Of a DNA stretch of 64,000 nucleotides, positions 20,106-30,271 are shown one piece after another. The notes beneath the pieces were generated by a model that was not told where the DNA came from, searched no databases, and saw only the letters and a list, made by a program, of their open reading frames with translations. This DNA comes from a virus, in the IMG/VR virus record IMGVR_UViG_3300020048_000014, positions 132,722 to 196,721 of that record. One strand, written 5' to 3'. The position numbers were made by a program, and so were the translations under genes. Position 1 is the stretch's first letter. Every line of letters starts with the position of its first letter.

Positions 20106-20839
20106 TATTTGCCCACAACATGCCCGGTATAGGACTGGGTAATAAAATGTTTATTAATGCGTTTTGTTACATTATATCTTTACAAAAAAGTGAAGAGTTT
20201 ACTACTATACCAATAGAATATTTTCAAAATACTTTAATCAATACACAATACAGACAGTTAAAAAATCCATTGTATACTAGTTCATTTGGATATCAATATG
20301 TCGATATGGAAAAGGTTTTAAACCACTCCGGGGATATTGTTGTGGATTCATACGTTCAAAGATATCAATATTATGATAATTATCGGGATGATTTGAAAAG
20401 ATTTTATGTAGAATCTCAAATACCCTCCACAGGATCTATTGACACTACTCTACATATACGAAATGGTGATTATAAGACCCTCGATTGGTATCTTGGTTTG
20501 GATTCATATTATAAAATATTATCAGAAATAAATTTTAATAGTTTGGACATAGTGGCAAATCATATAGATGATGATGTCATGAAATTAAGTGATAAATACA
20601 ATGCAAATGTATATAATTCAAGCACCATTGAAGATTTTATATTTTTATCAAATTCTAAAAATATAATACTCTCACAATCAACATATGCATGGTGGGCAGC
20701 TTTTTTGGGGAGTCCAGAAAATGTTTATATACCCGTTTCCAGAAAACATATATCTAAAGGTATATGGCTGGATAAGCCGAGTATTGATGATATTGATTTA
20801 GTTGGAGGATTTAAAGAATTTACTAATATTATTTTATGA
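20102..20839 (+). CDS. Alpha-1,2-fucosyltransferase-like (GT11)
   Basis: GLGNKMF, LHIRNGDY, DFIFLS...SQSTYAWWAAFL. Confidence 0.88.
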   Translation: MIFAHNMPGIGLGNKMFINAFCYIISLQKSEEFTTIPIEYFQNTLINTQYRQLKNPLYTSSFGYQYVDMEKVLNHSGDIVVDSYVQRYQYYDNYRDDLKRFYVESQIPSTGSIDTTLHIRNGDYKTLDWYLGLDSYYKILSEINFNSLDIVANHIDDDVMKLSDKYNANVYNSSTIEDFIFLSNSKNIILSQSTYAWWAAFLGSPENVYIPVSRKHISKGIWLDKPSIDDIDLVGGFKEFTNIIL

Positions 20840-21393
20840 GAAATTATATAGACATAGGTTGTAATGTTTTGGGTGGTTATAATCATCTAACTAGATTAGA
20901 AGATTTTTCAAATTTTGAAAAACTGATATTTGTTGAACCGAATCCCGAATGTTGGGAATTTTTGGAAACAAATTTACCCATAAAATCTAAATTATTACGA
21001 AACGCATTATCAACAAAAGTAGAAGAGGTGGAATTAATAACTAGAGCAGATCAATTAGCTTGCGTAGGTGCTACTATTCTTGGACAAGAATATTATGATT
21101 TTAATCTACATAAGCATAATCTACATGTTGACAAGTATAATAAATATAAAATAACCACCACAACACTGGAGAATATATTAGTTGAATGTGATATAATACC
21201 GGAGCACACTTTATTAAAGATAGATGCCGAGGGTGTAGAATACGATGTATTAGAAGATGTAATCAATAAACAGTTAAGATTTGGAAAAATATATTGTGAA
21301 TTTCATATTCAAAAAAATGTTGACATTGAGAGAAAGGCTGATATCATCAGAAAGATGAATAAATTAGGAACAACCTTAGTAGAATGGTATTAA
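20836..21393 (+). CDS. FkbM family methyltransferase
   Basis: YIDIGCN, VEPNP, LKIDAEGVEY. Confidence 0.85.
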   Translation: MRNYIDIGCNVLGGYNHLTRLEDFSNFEKLIFVEPNPECWEFLETNLPIKSKLLRNALSTKVEEVELITRADQLACVGATILGQEYYDFNLHKHNLHVDKYNKYKITTTTLENILVECDIIPEHTLLKIDAEGVEYDVLEDVINKQLRFGKIYCEFHIQKNVDIERKADIIRKMNKLGTTLVEWY

Positions 21394-21396
21394 ATT

Positions 21397-22038
21397 ATGT
21401 TAATTGAATTTCAAAATATTAATAAGTATAGTATAACACCTAAAGGTGTAATACATGTGGGGATGCATAAGGCAGAAGAATATGAAACGTATATTGCATC
21501 CGGTGTATCTTCAATAATCTTCATTGAAGCTAATGAATCTTTATGTAAAGAAGCTGAAACTAAATCAATGGCTGCTTGGATAAAACATGCAGCAATTTCC
21601 GATAAAAAGGAATTGATTCAATTCAATATCACCAATAATGGTGAAAGTTCATCAATACTTGAACTTGGTGATCATTCTTATATATATCCATCAATAGTTA
21701 ATATTGAAAGTGTTGAGATGATGACATCCACACTAGATGAAATATTTCAGATTGGTGAATATGAGCCTATCGATCTAATTGATAGAGTATTTCACCAATT
21801 ACATCGTTTCAATATACTCAATTTAGATATTCAAGGGGCCGAGTTAAAAGCTATGAAGGGATTATCGGATTGGAGTAACATAGAAGCAATTTTTACCGAG
21901 GTAAATTACCGAGAAATGTATAAGGGGTGTCCACTTATAGAAGAAATTGATGAATTCTTATTGGAAAAGAGATTTAAAAAGGTGGAGGAATCGAATACAG
22001 GTGCCGGATGGGGTGATGCCCTATATATTAAAATGTAA
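21397..22038 (+). CDS. FkbM family methyltransferase
   Basis: VIHVGMH..EE, FIEAN, LNLDIQGAELKAMKG, EVN..EMYKG, WGDALY. Confidence 0.88.
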   Translation: MLIEFQNINKYSITPKGVIHVGMHKAEEYETYIASGVSSIIFIEANESLCKEAETKSMAAWIKHAAISDKKELIQFNITNNGESSSILELGDHSYIYPSIVNIESVEMMTSTLDEIFQIGEYEPIDLIDRVFHQLHRFNILNLDIQGAELKAMKGLSDWSNIEAIFTEVNYREMYKGCPLIEEIDEFLLEKRFKKVEESNTGAGWGDALYIKM

Positions 22039-22039
22039 T

Positions 22040-22375
22040 ATGTTTGACGCAATAAATTATTTACTACACGAAAAGAATAAATCCGAATTAGATCCAGATC
22101 TTCTTCAGGAATTTAATCCATTCTTCACAGCTAAAGTTTTCTCATATTATGATTCGGGAAAATACTCTGGATATATAAACGACACATTAAATCTATACTC
22201 GGGGATTTTTAAAACTAAGGAAGAGGAGTTCAAGTTTTTTGATGCTGTTATTCCAAAATTAAAGAGGAGAAAATCGGAGTATATTAAAAAGCCAGCACCG
22301 GGGAAAGTTAAAGAAGAATCCCAACATATACCGGAATTCTTTTCGAGAAGAGAAATTGAATCATATGACAAGTGA
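22040..22375 (+). CDS. 62: gp62-like clamp-loader small subunit
   Basis: MFDAINYLLHEK...FNPFFTAKVFSY...IN..N...FFDAVIPKLKRRKSEYIKK; start moved from 21947 to ATG 22040. Confidence 0.65.
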   Translation: MFDAINYLLHEKNKSELDPDLLQEFNPFFTAKVFSYYDSGKYSGYINDTLNLYSGIFKTKEEEFKFFDAVIPKLKRRKSEYIKKPAPGKVKEESQHIPEFFSRREIESYDK

Positions 22376-22649
22376 CGAAATAAAGATAAAAAGATTAGCT
22401 ATTCAAAAAGAGGAACATTCAGAAAGAAATAAAATTCTTGACCCCCATTATACCAAATATCACAAGATGGAGAAAGATTTGGAAGCTGAATGCGAATTGA
22501 TTGGACATTTTTTTCAAAAGGCTTACTATAATTGGGGGAGTTTTGATGAAAGACAATTCACACATGAAACATTCAACTGTAAATATTGTAGAAAAAGAAT
22601 ACATGTTCATTATTCAGAAGTTGACAACGTAAATAATCATCTTAAATAG
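22365..22649 (+). CDS. Hypothetical protein with a CxxC motif
   Basis: C....H and CKYC; ends in TAG. Confidence 0.55.
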   Translation: MTSDEIKIKRLAIQKEEHSERNKILDPHYTKYHKMEKDLEAECELIGHFFQKAYYNWGSFDERQFTHETFNCKYCRKRIHVHYSEVDNVNNHLK

Positions 22650-22653
22650 TCAT

Positions 22654-23085
22654 ATGTCTAATTATACACACCTAGAACAAGCCCCGATCTCAATTGACTT
22701 TGCACCAGTCCAGAAGTCCCATATCGATCTTTCTGATCGCAATCTACCGACAGATTTTGGACTCGATGATTATATCTTTTCTCAGTTGTTAGACGATATC
22801 ATCCTAATTGAGTATGCTGACATGGTGATGGATGAGGTCGCAGGTGATTATATTATGCGTGGTGGGATCGCAATTCCGGTGAATCAGATTCATAATGCTT
22901 GGAGGAAGGGTAAAATTATCATCACTGGTCCACAAGTTCGATGGGTTAAAAAAGGTGATATTGTAGTATTTCCAAATAACATGGGAATCCCGATTACGAA
23001 TCTGGAAGTTGAAGACCATGGCAAAATTAAGAATGGATTGTTTTTGAACGAACAACGACTCTTCGGTGTTTGTAAGGTTAAATGA
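22654..23085 (+). CDS. GroES/gp31-like co-chaperonin
   Basis: LLDDIILIE, GGIAIP, GKIIITGPQVRWVKKGDIVVFP, LNEQRLFGV; TAAATA-N5-ATG. Confidence 0.75.
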   Translation: MSNYTHLEQAPISIDFAPVQKSHIDLSDRNLPTDFGLDDYIFSQLLDDIILIEYADMVMDEVAGDYIMRGGIAIPVNQIHNAWRKGKIIITGPQVRWVKKGDIVVFPNNMGIPITNLEVEDHGKIKNGLFLNEQRLFGVCKVK

Positions 23086-23086
23086 T

Positions 23087-23626
23087 ATGAAAGTTTTCCA
23101 CATGATTCCTTGGAATACCGATAAAAATATCGGGAGGGCGTACAATGAGATGATGTTCCTAGTGGGCGATAATGATTGGGTCTGCTTTATAGATGGTGAT
23201 GCTGTTCACACATCACATTTTTTCGGAAAACGGATTGAGGATGTGATCACATCAAACCCCGAATATTCAATGTTTACATGCATGACAAACAGGGTGGGTA
23301 GACCATATCAAATACCTGCAAATGTCGATACCAAATCAAATGATCAAAAATATCACAGGGAATTTGGCGATTTATTATGGGATAAAAATGGGGTTAATGT
23401 GTTGAATATAACAGATCGCCCAAACCTAAGTGGTGTTATGATTTTGATAAAAAAAACTATGTGGGAAACCGTAGGAGGATTTAAAGAAAAGAAGATGATT
23501 ACCATAGATGGTGATATGCATCAACGAGTTAAATGCTCTGAGGGCAAGGTTGGTTTGATGCGAGGAATATATGTCCAACATTGGTATAGGGGTGGAAACG
23601 CCCAAAACAAAAAACATTTACAATGA
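23087..23626 (+). CDS. GT2-like glycosyltransferase
   Basis: NIGRAYN, WVCFIDGD, ETVGGF, YVQHWY. Confidence 0.75.
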   Translation: MKVFHMIPWNTDKNIGRAYNEMMFLVGDNDWVCFIDGDAVHTSHFFGKRIEDVITSNPEYSMFTCMTNRVGRPYQIPANVDTKSNDQKYHREFGDLLWDKNGVNVLNITDRPNLSGVMILIKKTMWETVGGFKEKKMITIDGDMHQRVKCSEGKVGLMRGIYVQHWYRGGNAQNKKHLQ

Positions 23627-24460
23627 GTATTGAATTGCTTTATCTCTCATTTTAGTGTCTATTATTTCAGGATAGTCATATCCCAACATTTTACTCGCAT
23701 TAAAGTTATACAAACATCCATTTAATTTACGCCTTATACATTCTTCGGAAAATATCCTATAGTGATAACATAAGAGTGTAGCATTTTTAATGCCTACCTC
23801 ATTAAAATTTTGATAATGTATTGATTTTTTTGTAGACATGTTAAAAGGTTCGTTATTGACACTATCAACACTCACAACGGTATTAATATTATAGGGGGAG
23901 TATGGATTATGAGGACCACAGTTTTTAAATTTAATTGGTTTAAAAACTGATTTACATGGTATCAGTTTCGAATAACATCTGAATTTATATTGAGATAAAT
24001 GTTTAGATACATGTGGCAGATCGTGATTCCATCTATATGTAGTGTCCTTCAATAAAGATTGTGGATTGTTCACTCTTCCATTTCTAGTCATCATAACCCA
24101 TGGGATCTTAATCCTATCAACATTTTTATAGGTTGTTTCTAAATGTGTTCGGATAGTTTTTTTATCATTGGAGGTAATAAATTCGTCAACATCAACATTA
24201 ATAACCCAGTCAAATGATTTAACCTTATTATATAAATGTTTTAAAATTCCACCATTTAAAGTGACCCTATTTGACGTAAAGGATTTAACATTTAAGATAG
24301 TTATATTATCTAAATATTTACTGTCAATTTTATCATATGTCCCTACATCTGAATTATCGTCATATATATAAATTTTATCGACCCCTTCATTTATATAATA
24401 TGCTATAAATTCATGTATAAATGGTTCATTTTTACATCTGGTTATTAATGCTAATGTCAT
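23618..24460 (-). CDS. Glycosyltransferase (GT2_4/GT92-like)
   Basis: TRCKNEPFIHEFIAYY...GVDKIYIYDDNS, WVINVDVDEF, HY. Confidence 0.8.
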   Translation of the reverse strand: MTLALITRCKNEPFIHEFIAYYINEGVDKIYIYDDNSDVGTYDKIDSKYLDNITILNVKSFTSNRVTLNGGILKHLYNKVKSFDWVINVDVDEFITSNDKKTIRTHLETTYKNVDRIKIPWVMMTRNGRVNNPQSLLKDTTYRWNHDLPHVSKHLSQYKFRCYSKLIPCKSVFKPIKFKNCGPHNPYSPYNINTVVSVDSVNNEPFNMSTKKSIHYQNFNEVGIKNATLLCYHYRIFSEECIRRKLNGCLYNFNASKMLGYDYPEIIDTKMRDKAIQYSL

Positions 24461-24605
24461 AATGCTCTTGTTGAATATTTAACCAATTACTAATAAAATT
24501 ATTAATCCGGTTGTTATATTCAGTTGTCAGATTTATTAAATAAAAAGAGATCAGTTTTCATTAACGATATATCATTAAACAGGAAACAAATTTTGCCAAA
24601 TAACT

Positions 24606-25181
24606 ATGAAACATTACTATAAAAATATACCGGGGTGGTTTACATTTAAACAGTTCTATTCTAAAATTCTAGAAGATTTACCCGATAGCGCACATATAGT
24701 GGAAATAGGATCTTGGGAAGGACGTTCTGCTATATATATGGGGGTGGAAATACTAAATTCTGGTAAAAAAATTAAATTTGACTGTGTGGATAAATGGATT
24801 GGGATATTACCTCCAACAGAACATAGAAAAAAAGTTGTTTACCACAAAGATGCACTAAAGTCTCCAAATGGTTCATATAATTGTTTTTTAAAAAATATTG
24901 AACCCCTTAAAGATGTGATCAATCCTGTCCGATGTTCTTCACTAGATGCTGCACTTTTATACAAAAACGAATCTTTAGATTTTGTATTTATCGATGCTGA
25001 CCATTCATATAAAGAAGTTAAAAAAGATATTCTAGCTTGGATGCCGAAAATAAAAAATGGGGGCATACTTTCAGGGCATGATTATCCATTTCCAGACGTT
25101 AAACGAGCAGTCGATGAAAATGTTGAAGACGTTATTATACTTAAAGATGAAAAGGTTTGGTATAAAAAAATAATCTGTTAA
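24606..25181 (+). CDS. Class I SAM methyltransferase (Methyltransf_24-like)
   Basis: VEIGSWEGRS, VFIDADHSY, GGILSGHDY. Confidence 0.88.
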   Translation: MKHYYKNIPGWFTFKQFYSKILEDLPDSAHIVEIGSWEGRSAIYMGVEILNSGKKIKFDCVDKWIGILPPTEHRKKVVYHKDALKSPNGSYNCFLKNIEPLKDVINPVRCSSLDAALLYKNESLDFVFIDADHSYKEVKKDILAWMPKIKNGGILSGHDYPFPDVKRAVDENVEDVIILKDEKVWYKKIIC

Positions 25182-25696
25182 TGTTCAACGTAAAAGGCTT
25201 CTAAAAATTCAGATATTCTTTTATTATATTCAGTGGTTAAGGCAATACCTTTTTCTAATGTAAAATTATTTCGTTTTTGTAGAGAAATAGCAATGTCCAT
25301 ACTGTTTCTATAACATACTATAAATTGTGGATTGGGTAAATAATTCAACCATACGTCTATGGTTAGACAGGTTCTAGGATCTTTAAATCCCCAACTTTCC
25401 ATATTTTTAGTCTTAGCAGAATCTATTTCTTTAGATATAATAGATTTAATATTTTCCTCATACCTAGCCCCCACCTCTAGTATTTTTTCTCTTGGTGGTG
25501 GATTATGCCAACTGCCACCAGATTGATGTAATATTTTATCATTCAAACGTATTATATCAACGTTTTCATAATGTCCTTTTGGATTATCTTTTAACCCCAA
25601 TAATAATTTATCCCCCATATGGACCTCAGAATTTAAAGATCTTGCGACTAATGAAGTCGCAGCCCTATGCATCCCCAACACTACAATTGTTTTCAT
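25178..25696 (-). CDS. Sulfotransferase family protein
   Basis: VLGMHRAATS, NPKGHYEN, WGFKDPR, YRNSMDIAISLQKRN. Confidence 0.8.
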   Translation of the reverse strand: MKTIVVLGMHRAATSLVARSLNSEVHMGDKLLLGLKDNPKGHYENVDIIRLNDKILHQSGGSWHNPPPREKILEVGARYEENIKSIISKEIDSAKTKNMESWGFKDPRTCLTIDVWLNYLPNPQFIVCYRNSMDIAISLQKRNNFTLEKGIALTTEYNKRISEFLEAFYVEH

Positions 25697-26441
25697 TTAT
25701 ATACTTATGTAAAAGTTTTTTATAATCAACATTCCACTTTGGTTGTAGGATAATATCTCCGATTGGAATTTTTCCATCGTCTTTTAACTTATCTATATGT
25801 CTTTTATGTCTGATTAAGATATTTTCTTTATTAGTCGAATCACAACCTCGCCCAGACATATGGTAACTTCGACCGCCCCACAAATACATCCAAGATACTT
25901 CATCATCTGAGGGGTCTGCATTAATCACTTTACATTTATAATCTTTTTTAATTTTAATTACGAATGACATATCATACCCAGCATTTTCCAATTCATGTTT
26001 TCCCGATCTCTCCCATATTTCTTTAGTATATACGATACCAGAGTTTCCAACACTGTGTAGAGCATCTATCTTCCCATGATTTACTGTGGCACCATTTTTC
26101 CAATGTAGTAAGTCATATCCCGGAAAATATTTATTGATATTTTCTAGGTGATTTGTTAAAGCTATGTCATCATCATCCCATACTGCTATCGTATTATATT
26201 TACAATTAGTCACCGCAAAATTTTCCTTTTCTCCGATAGTGTTAAAAGTTTTATCTAAATTTATGATTCTCACATTTGGGTGGTCAAAATATAATCGTTG
26301 TTCGGGGTAGTCGTTCACAATTACCATTTCTTTATCACCATCGTAATCTTGATTCAAAAAGCTATATATTGATTCCTCTAATAAATCCACCCTACCATAA
26401 GTGATACACTTACAAGAAATAGGAAGCTTTTTGATATTCAT
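25665..26441 (-). CDS. GT2-like glycosyltransferase
   Basis: CITYGRVDLLEESI, IGEKEN, WDDDD; start moved to ATG 26441 (TAAATA-N8). Confidence 0.8.
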   Translation of the reverse strand: MNIKKLPISCKCITYGRVDLLEESIYSFLNQDYDGDKEMVIVNDYPEQRLYFDHPNVRIINLDKTFNTIGEKENFAVTNCKYNTIAVWDDDDIALTNHLENINKYFPGYDLLHWKNGATVNHGKIDALHSVGNSGIVYTKEIWERSGKHELENAGYDMSFVIKIKKDYKCKVINADPSDDEVSWMYLWGGRSYHMSGRGCDSTNKENILIRHKRHIDKLKDDGKIPIGDIILQPKWNVDYKKLLHKYINENNCSVGDA

Positions 26442-26492
26442 ATGCAATTTATTTATGAAAAGTTCAGAGGATGTCAAATATTAAATAACTAA

Positions 26493-27038
26493 ATGGCTAA
26501 AGCATCTGGGAAGGCTCGATACGAAAAAATATGGCGAGATGCTAAAGGAAATCTCCGAGATGCTTGGGGACGTTTCTTAAAAAGTTGGCAGGAGATTGAA
26601 GGATATAAAGAAGAAGAAAACTATCAATCTAAAATTGAACAATCCGATAGACAGATACAAAGAGGAGAGTTAAAAAATCTACTTACACAGAATGTCTGCG
26701 AGATTGTGTTTGTTCGTAGAAGACCCGAGAGAGCACCCGGAAGACCCGAAGTTAGAAGAATGCTATGCACATTGTGTAGAAACATCCAAGTATCTGAAAG
26801 AGGAAAACGATCTCTTTCTTTTGAAGAACCAAAGACAAGTAGGAGGTTGGACGAAGTAAAACACAACATCGTAGTGGTTTGGGACATAATACAATGCAAA
26901 TATCGAAACGTGAGTATGGATACATGCTATTTGAGACAGACCATACCCGGAGATGAAACTTTTTGGAAATATTATGATAAAGTTTTTTCTCCGATGTCTC
27001 CACAACAAAGACAACATTGGATAGATTCAATGACTTGA
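26493..27038 (+). CDS. Hypothetical protein with an SH3/WYL-like (DUF2693-like) C-terminal domain
   Basis: LLTQNVCEIVFVRR...RRMLCTL...VVWDI...YRNV; TAAATA-N5-ATG. Confidence 0.5.
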   Translation: MAKASGKARYEKIWRDAKGNLRDAWGRFLKSWQEIEGYKEEENYQSKIEQSDRQIQRGELKNLLTQNVCEIVFVRRRPERAPGRPEVRRMLCTLCRNIQVSERGKRSLSFEEPKTSRRLDEVKHNIVVVWDIIQCKYRNVSMDTCYLRQTIPGDETFWKYYDKVFSPMSPQQRQHWIDSMT

Positions 27039-27068
27039 TTAATTTTATATATCATATAAATAATTTTC

Positions 27069-27404
27069 ATGATAAAACTTGAGGAGCAGTTGAAAAATAT
27101 CATTTTAAAAAATGTAGATTTTCAAATTGATGGTAAATCTATTAAACGGGGCAAAATTAAAGTCTATAATAGTAAACAGTTTTTTATTAGATTTAAGATT
27201 GAGAGTGACAATAAAACAATTGAGTATGATTTACCGTATCCATTTAAAATTGTGAAAAATTCTACTGGATATGTTTTCGATTATTGTCTTTCAGCATTTT
27301 GTCCAAGAACAGAAGAATTGTATTGGAAGATGTTATTGATGAATAAAAATGAGGCATCCAGATTGCATAATAACCATCTTCATATAATCACATTACCCTC
27401 TTGA
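27069..27404 (+). CDS. Hypothetical protein
   Basis: 111-aa ORF; TATAAATA-N6-ATG. Confidence 0.6.
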   Translation: MIKLEEQLKNIILKNVDFQIDGKSIKRGKIKVYNSKQFFIRFKIESDNKTIEYDLPYPFKIVKNSTGYVFDYCLSAFCPRTEELYWKMLLMNKNEASRLHNNHLHIITLPS

Positions 27405-27428
27405 CTTCTTACTGGATCTGAGTATACT
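27401..27428 (+). promoter_or_regulatory. Sigma70-like promoter, TTGACT-N16-TATACT
   Basis: 8 nt upstream of the DinG ATG. Confidence 0.55.
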
Positions 27429-27436
27429 CTGAACAG

Positions 27437-29050
27437 ATGACCAAACTACTGCTAAATTTTCCAGATGGATACACTCCCAATAAATCACAAGAAACTATTC
27501 TCAATAAGATGCAGAAGGCATTTGATAATGGTAAAAAATTTGTGATTGTTAATGCACCTACAGGGGTGGGTAAATCTTTTATTTCACCAACATTGGCAAA
27601 TTACAGTAAAGATATTCCTCAATCTTTTCTAGACGCTGTGGATGATTACACTATTTTTGGGGAGGATGCTGCGACCTTAATGCCAGAGGATTCTTTTGGA
27701 TGTTACGCTTTAACAATCACCAAAGCTCTTCAAGATCAATACAAGAATACGTTTGATCATACTGGTGTTATGAAGGGTCAGAGTAATTATCAATGTAAAG
27801 TCGATGAAGAGATGACTGTAGATGTGGCACCTTGTGTTTATGTGAAGGGGCTGAAAAATGATTGTTGGAAAGTTAACAAATGCCCATACTACAATCAGAG
27901 AAACAACATGTTAAAATCCAAGTTTTCAGCGTTAAACTACAGCATGTTCTTTTCTCTTCCAGAGCATCTTAAGAAAAGAGAAATTCTAGTATGCGATGAG
28001 GGATCTGAATTGGAAGAACAATTGGTATCACAATTTTCATGTGATATCGATATTCCATTTTTAGTAAAAACTAATACTGTAGTATCATCATTTCCAGTTC
28101 AAGAAACCCCCACCAAGGTAATGAACTGGTTGTCTGAACTTATCTTGAATGTTACAAATAATGTAGATTCTTATAAAGAATTCTTCAAAGAAAATAAAAG
28201 CGATCCAATGGAAACTGCTAAGAAGAAGGGTGAATATTCTAAATTGATGAACCTACAATCAAGTCTAGAAATTCTTATCGCCACTTATTACGAAGCAGAA
28301 TATCTTATCGAAAAGATTGATAAAAAGATTCGATTCATTCCATTGAAGGTCGATAAACTTTCCAGATATTTGTTTGATCATGCTGATAAAGTCGTCATTA
28401 TGTCTGCTACCATTATTGATCCGCCAAACTTTTGTAAGAATCTTGGTATTACTGATTATGAATATATCGAAGTAGATTCTGCTTTCGATTCGGAAAAAGC
28501 ACCGATTTATATTTTGGCTTCCCAGAAGTTAAATTTCAAAAACATGGATGCCATGCTGCCAAAATTGGCAAAACAAGTATCAGAACTTCTAGAGGAGCAC
28601 AAACACGAAAAGGGAATCATTCATACTCACACACAGTTCATTACTGATTATATCAGGAATAATGTGAAGTCCTCTAGATTACTCTGTAGAGAAGCTGGGG
28701 TGCGTAATGAAGAGCTTCTGGACATGCATGAGCGAAGCTCTGAACCGACTGTCCTAGTAAGTCCCAGCATGACTTATGGGGTCGATTTGAAAGGTGATTT
28801 GGGCAAGTTTCAAATTCTTCTAAAAGCACCTTGGCTACCAACCAAGGAAATCAGAGTTGAAAAATTGATGAAGATTGATAAAAACTGGTATTCGAACGCA
28901 ATGCTTAAAACTTTGATTCAGGCATGTGGTCGAGGCATTCGTTCCGAGGATGATGAGTGTATCACTTATATTTTAGATGGTAGTATTTATGATGCAGTTC
29001 ATCGTAACAAGAGTAAGTTACCTAAATTTTTCGTAGATAGATTTCAATGA
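27437..29050 (+). CDS. DinG/Rad3-like (XPD family) helicase
   Basis: NAPTGVGKS, Fe-S type Cys cluster (C..C..C..C), CDEG, MSATI, QACGRGIRSEDD. Confidence 0.9.
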   Translation: MTKLLLNFPDGYTPNKSQETILNKMQKAFDNGKKFVIVNAPTGVGKSFISPTLANYSKDIPQSFLDAVDDYTIFGEDAATLMPEDSFGCYALTITKALQDQYKNTFDHTGVMKGQSNYQCKVDEEMTVDVAPCVYVKGLKNDCWKVNKCPYYNQRNNMLKSKFSALNYSMFFSLPEHLKKREILVCDEGSELEEQLVSQFSCDIDIPFLVKTNTVVSSFPVQETPTKVMNWLSELILNVTNNVDSYKEFFKENKSDPMETAKKKGEYSKLMNLQSSLEILIATYYEAEYLIEKIDKKIRFIPLKVDKLSRYLFDHADKVVIMSATIIDPPNFCKNLGITDYEYIEVDSAFDSEKAPIYILASQKLNFKNMDAMLPKLAKQVSELLEEHKHEKGIIHTHTQFITDYIRNNVKSSRLLCREAGVRNEELLDMHERSSEPTVLVSPSMTYGVDLKGDLGKFQILLKAPWLPTKEIRVEKLMKIDKNWYSNAMLKTLIQACGRGIRSEDDECITYILDGSIYDAVHRNKSKLPKFFVDRFQ

Positions 29051-29075
29051 AAGGTTACATTCATTAAATAGTTGA

Positions 29076-30254
29076 GTGGTTAAGCATTCACATTTTTTTG
29101 AACAAGAAAAACTACTGACGCAGTTTGTAGCGGCATTTGATGATATTTTTATCATGCGATACGATAAAAATCGTACAGCTAAAGAGAAAATTAATGTTCG
29201 ATACGTTTTTGGACCGAAACAAAGAGTGTTATATGATATTGTAAATCAAGCGAAGAATATAACATTACCTGTGATAGCGATGGAGCAAAAAAATATTCGT
29301 CGTGACCCACAAAGAATCCAAAATAAAGACCAACATATCTATCGTCCTCATATAAATTCTAAAAATTTATCTAAAATTCCACAACCAATTCCTGTGATAT
29401 TTGATGTGGATGTGAGTATTGTGTGTTCGTATAAATCGGATTTAGACCAAATTATTTCAAATATTGTCCCATGGTGTAATCCTTATTTTATAATTTCTTG
29501 GAAGGTTCCAGAAGAATTTGGAATGGATTTTGATGATGAACTTAGATCGGAAGTAACATGGTCTGGTTCATTTGAATTCGAAAATCCTGTGGATATAACA
29601 GCACAAGACAAATATAGAATAGTTGGAAACACTTCATTTACTGTAAAGGGTTGGATATTCCCAGCACTGGAAACTCCAGTAGCTCCGATTTATGTTGTGC
29701 GAAGTGATTTTCATGCTGTCGGAACTGGTGCAGATTTGTATTCATACGACTCCTATCCAGCATTATCAGGAGTTGATTATGCCAATACAGATGTTATTTT
29801 AATTTCAGCTTGTCCTGAAATCACAAATGTTTTTTACAATCAATATCCAATATTTGAAGATGCTAGACTCCCTATGTGGGTTGACAGCACTTTCAGTTTC
29901 TTTGGTAAAAGGTTTAGTTATACTACTAATTGGTATCTAAGTGCTGATTCGGCGGTGAATGGATTAACGTATGAGGAAATAGATACTATAAAACATCCAA
30001 CGATATCGGCATATAGAATACCAGATTCTGATGTTACATTGATTTCAGATAATGTGGTAACATTGAGTGTTTCAGCAAACTCCCTATCCGGGTTTGATAA
30101 GTTTATATTCATTGCGGCTAATGAAGTCGGATGGGGTAGAATGGATGATAGTTTTTTTTTAGACTCTGATAAAACTAATATATTTATTGCCCCCAATTTA
30201 CAGAATACCTTCTTAGATCCCACTGCTCAATATACATTCATTGCTTATGTATAA
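29076..30254 (+). CDS. 15: gp15-like tail terminator / sheath stabiliser
   Basis: FVAAFDDIFI.R...I.V...FGPKQR...TLP.IA......RDPQR; GTG start with TAAATA-N5. Confidence 0.8.
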   Translation: MVKHSHFFEQEKLLTQFVAAFDDIFIMRYDKNRTAKEKINVRYVFGPKQRVLYDIVNQAKNITLPVIAMEQKNIRRDPQRIQNKDQHIYRPHINSKNLSKIPQPIPVIFDVDVSIVCSYKSDLDQIISNIVPWCNPYFIISWKVPEEFGMDFDDELRSEVTWSGSFEFENPVDITAQDKYRIVGNTSFTVKGWIFPALETPVAPIYVVRSDFHAVGTGADLYSYDSYPALSGVDYANTDVILISACPEITNVFYNQYPIFEDARLPMWVDSTFSFFGKRFSYTTNWYLSADSAVNGLTYEEIDTIKHPTISAYRIPDSDVTLISDNVVTLSVSANSLSGFDKFIFIAANEVGWGRMDDSFFLDSDKTNIFIAPNLQNTFLDPTAQYTFIAYV

Positions 30255-30271
30255 AGTTATTAAATAATATT

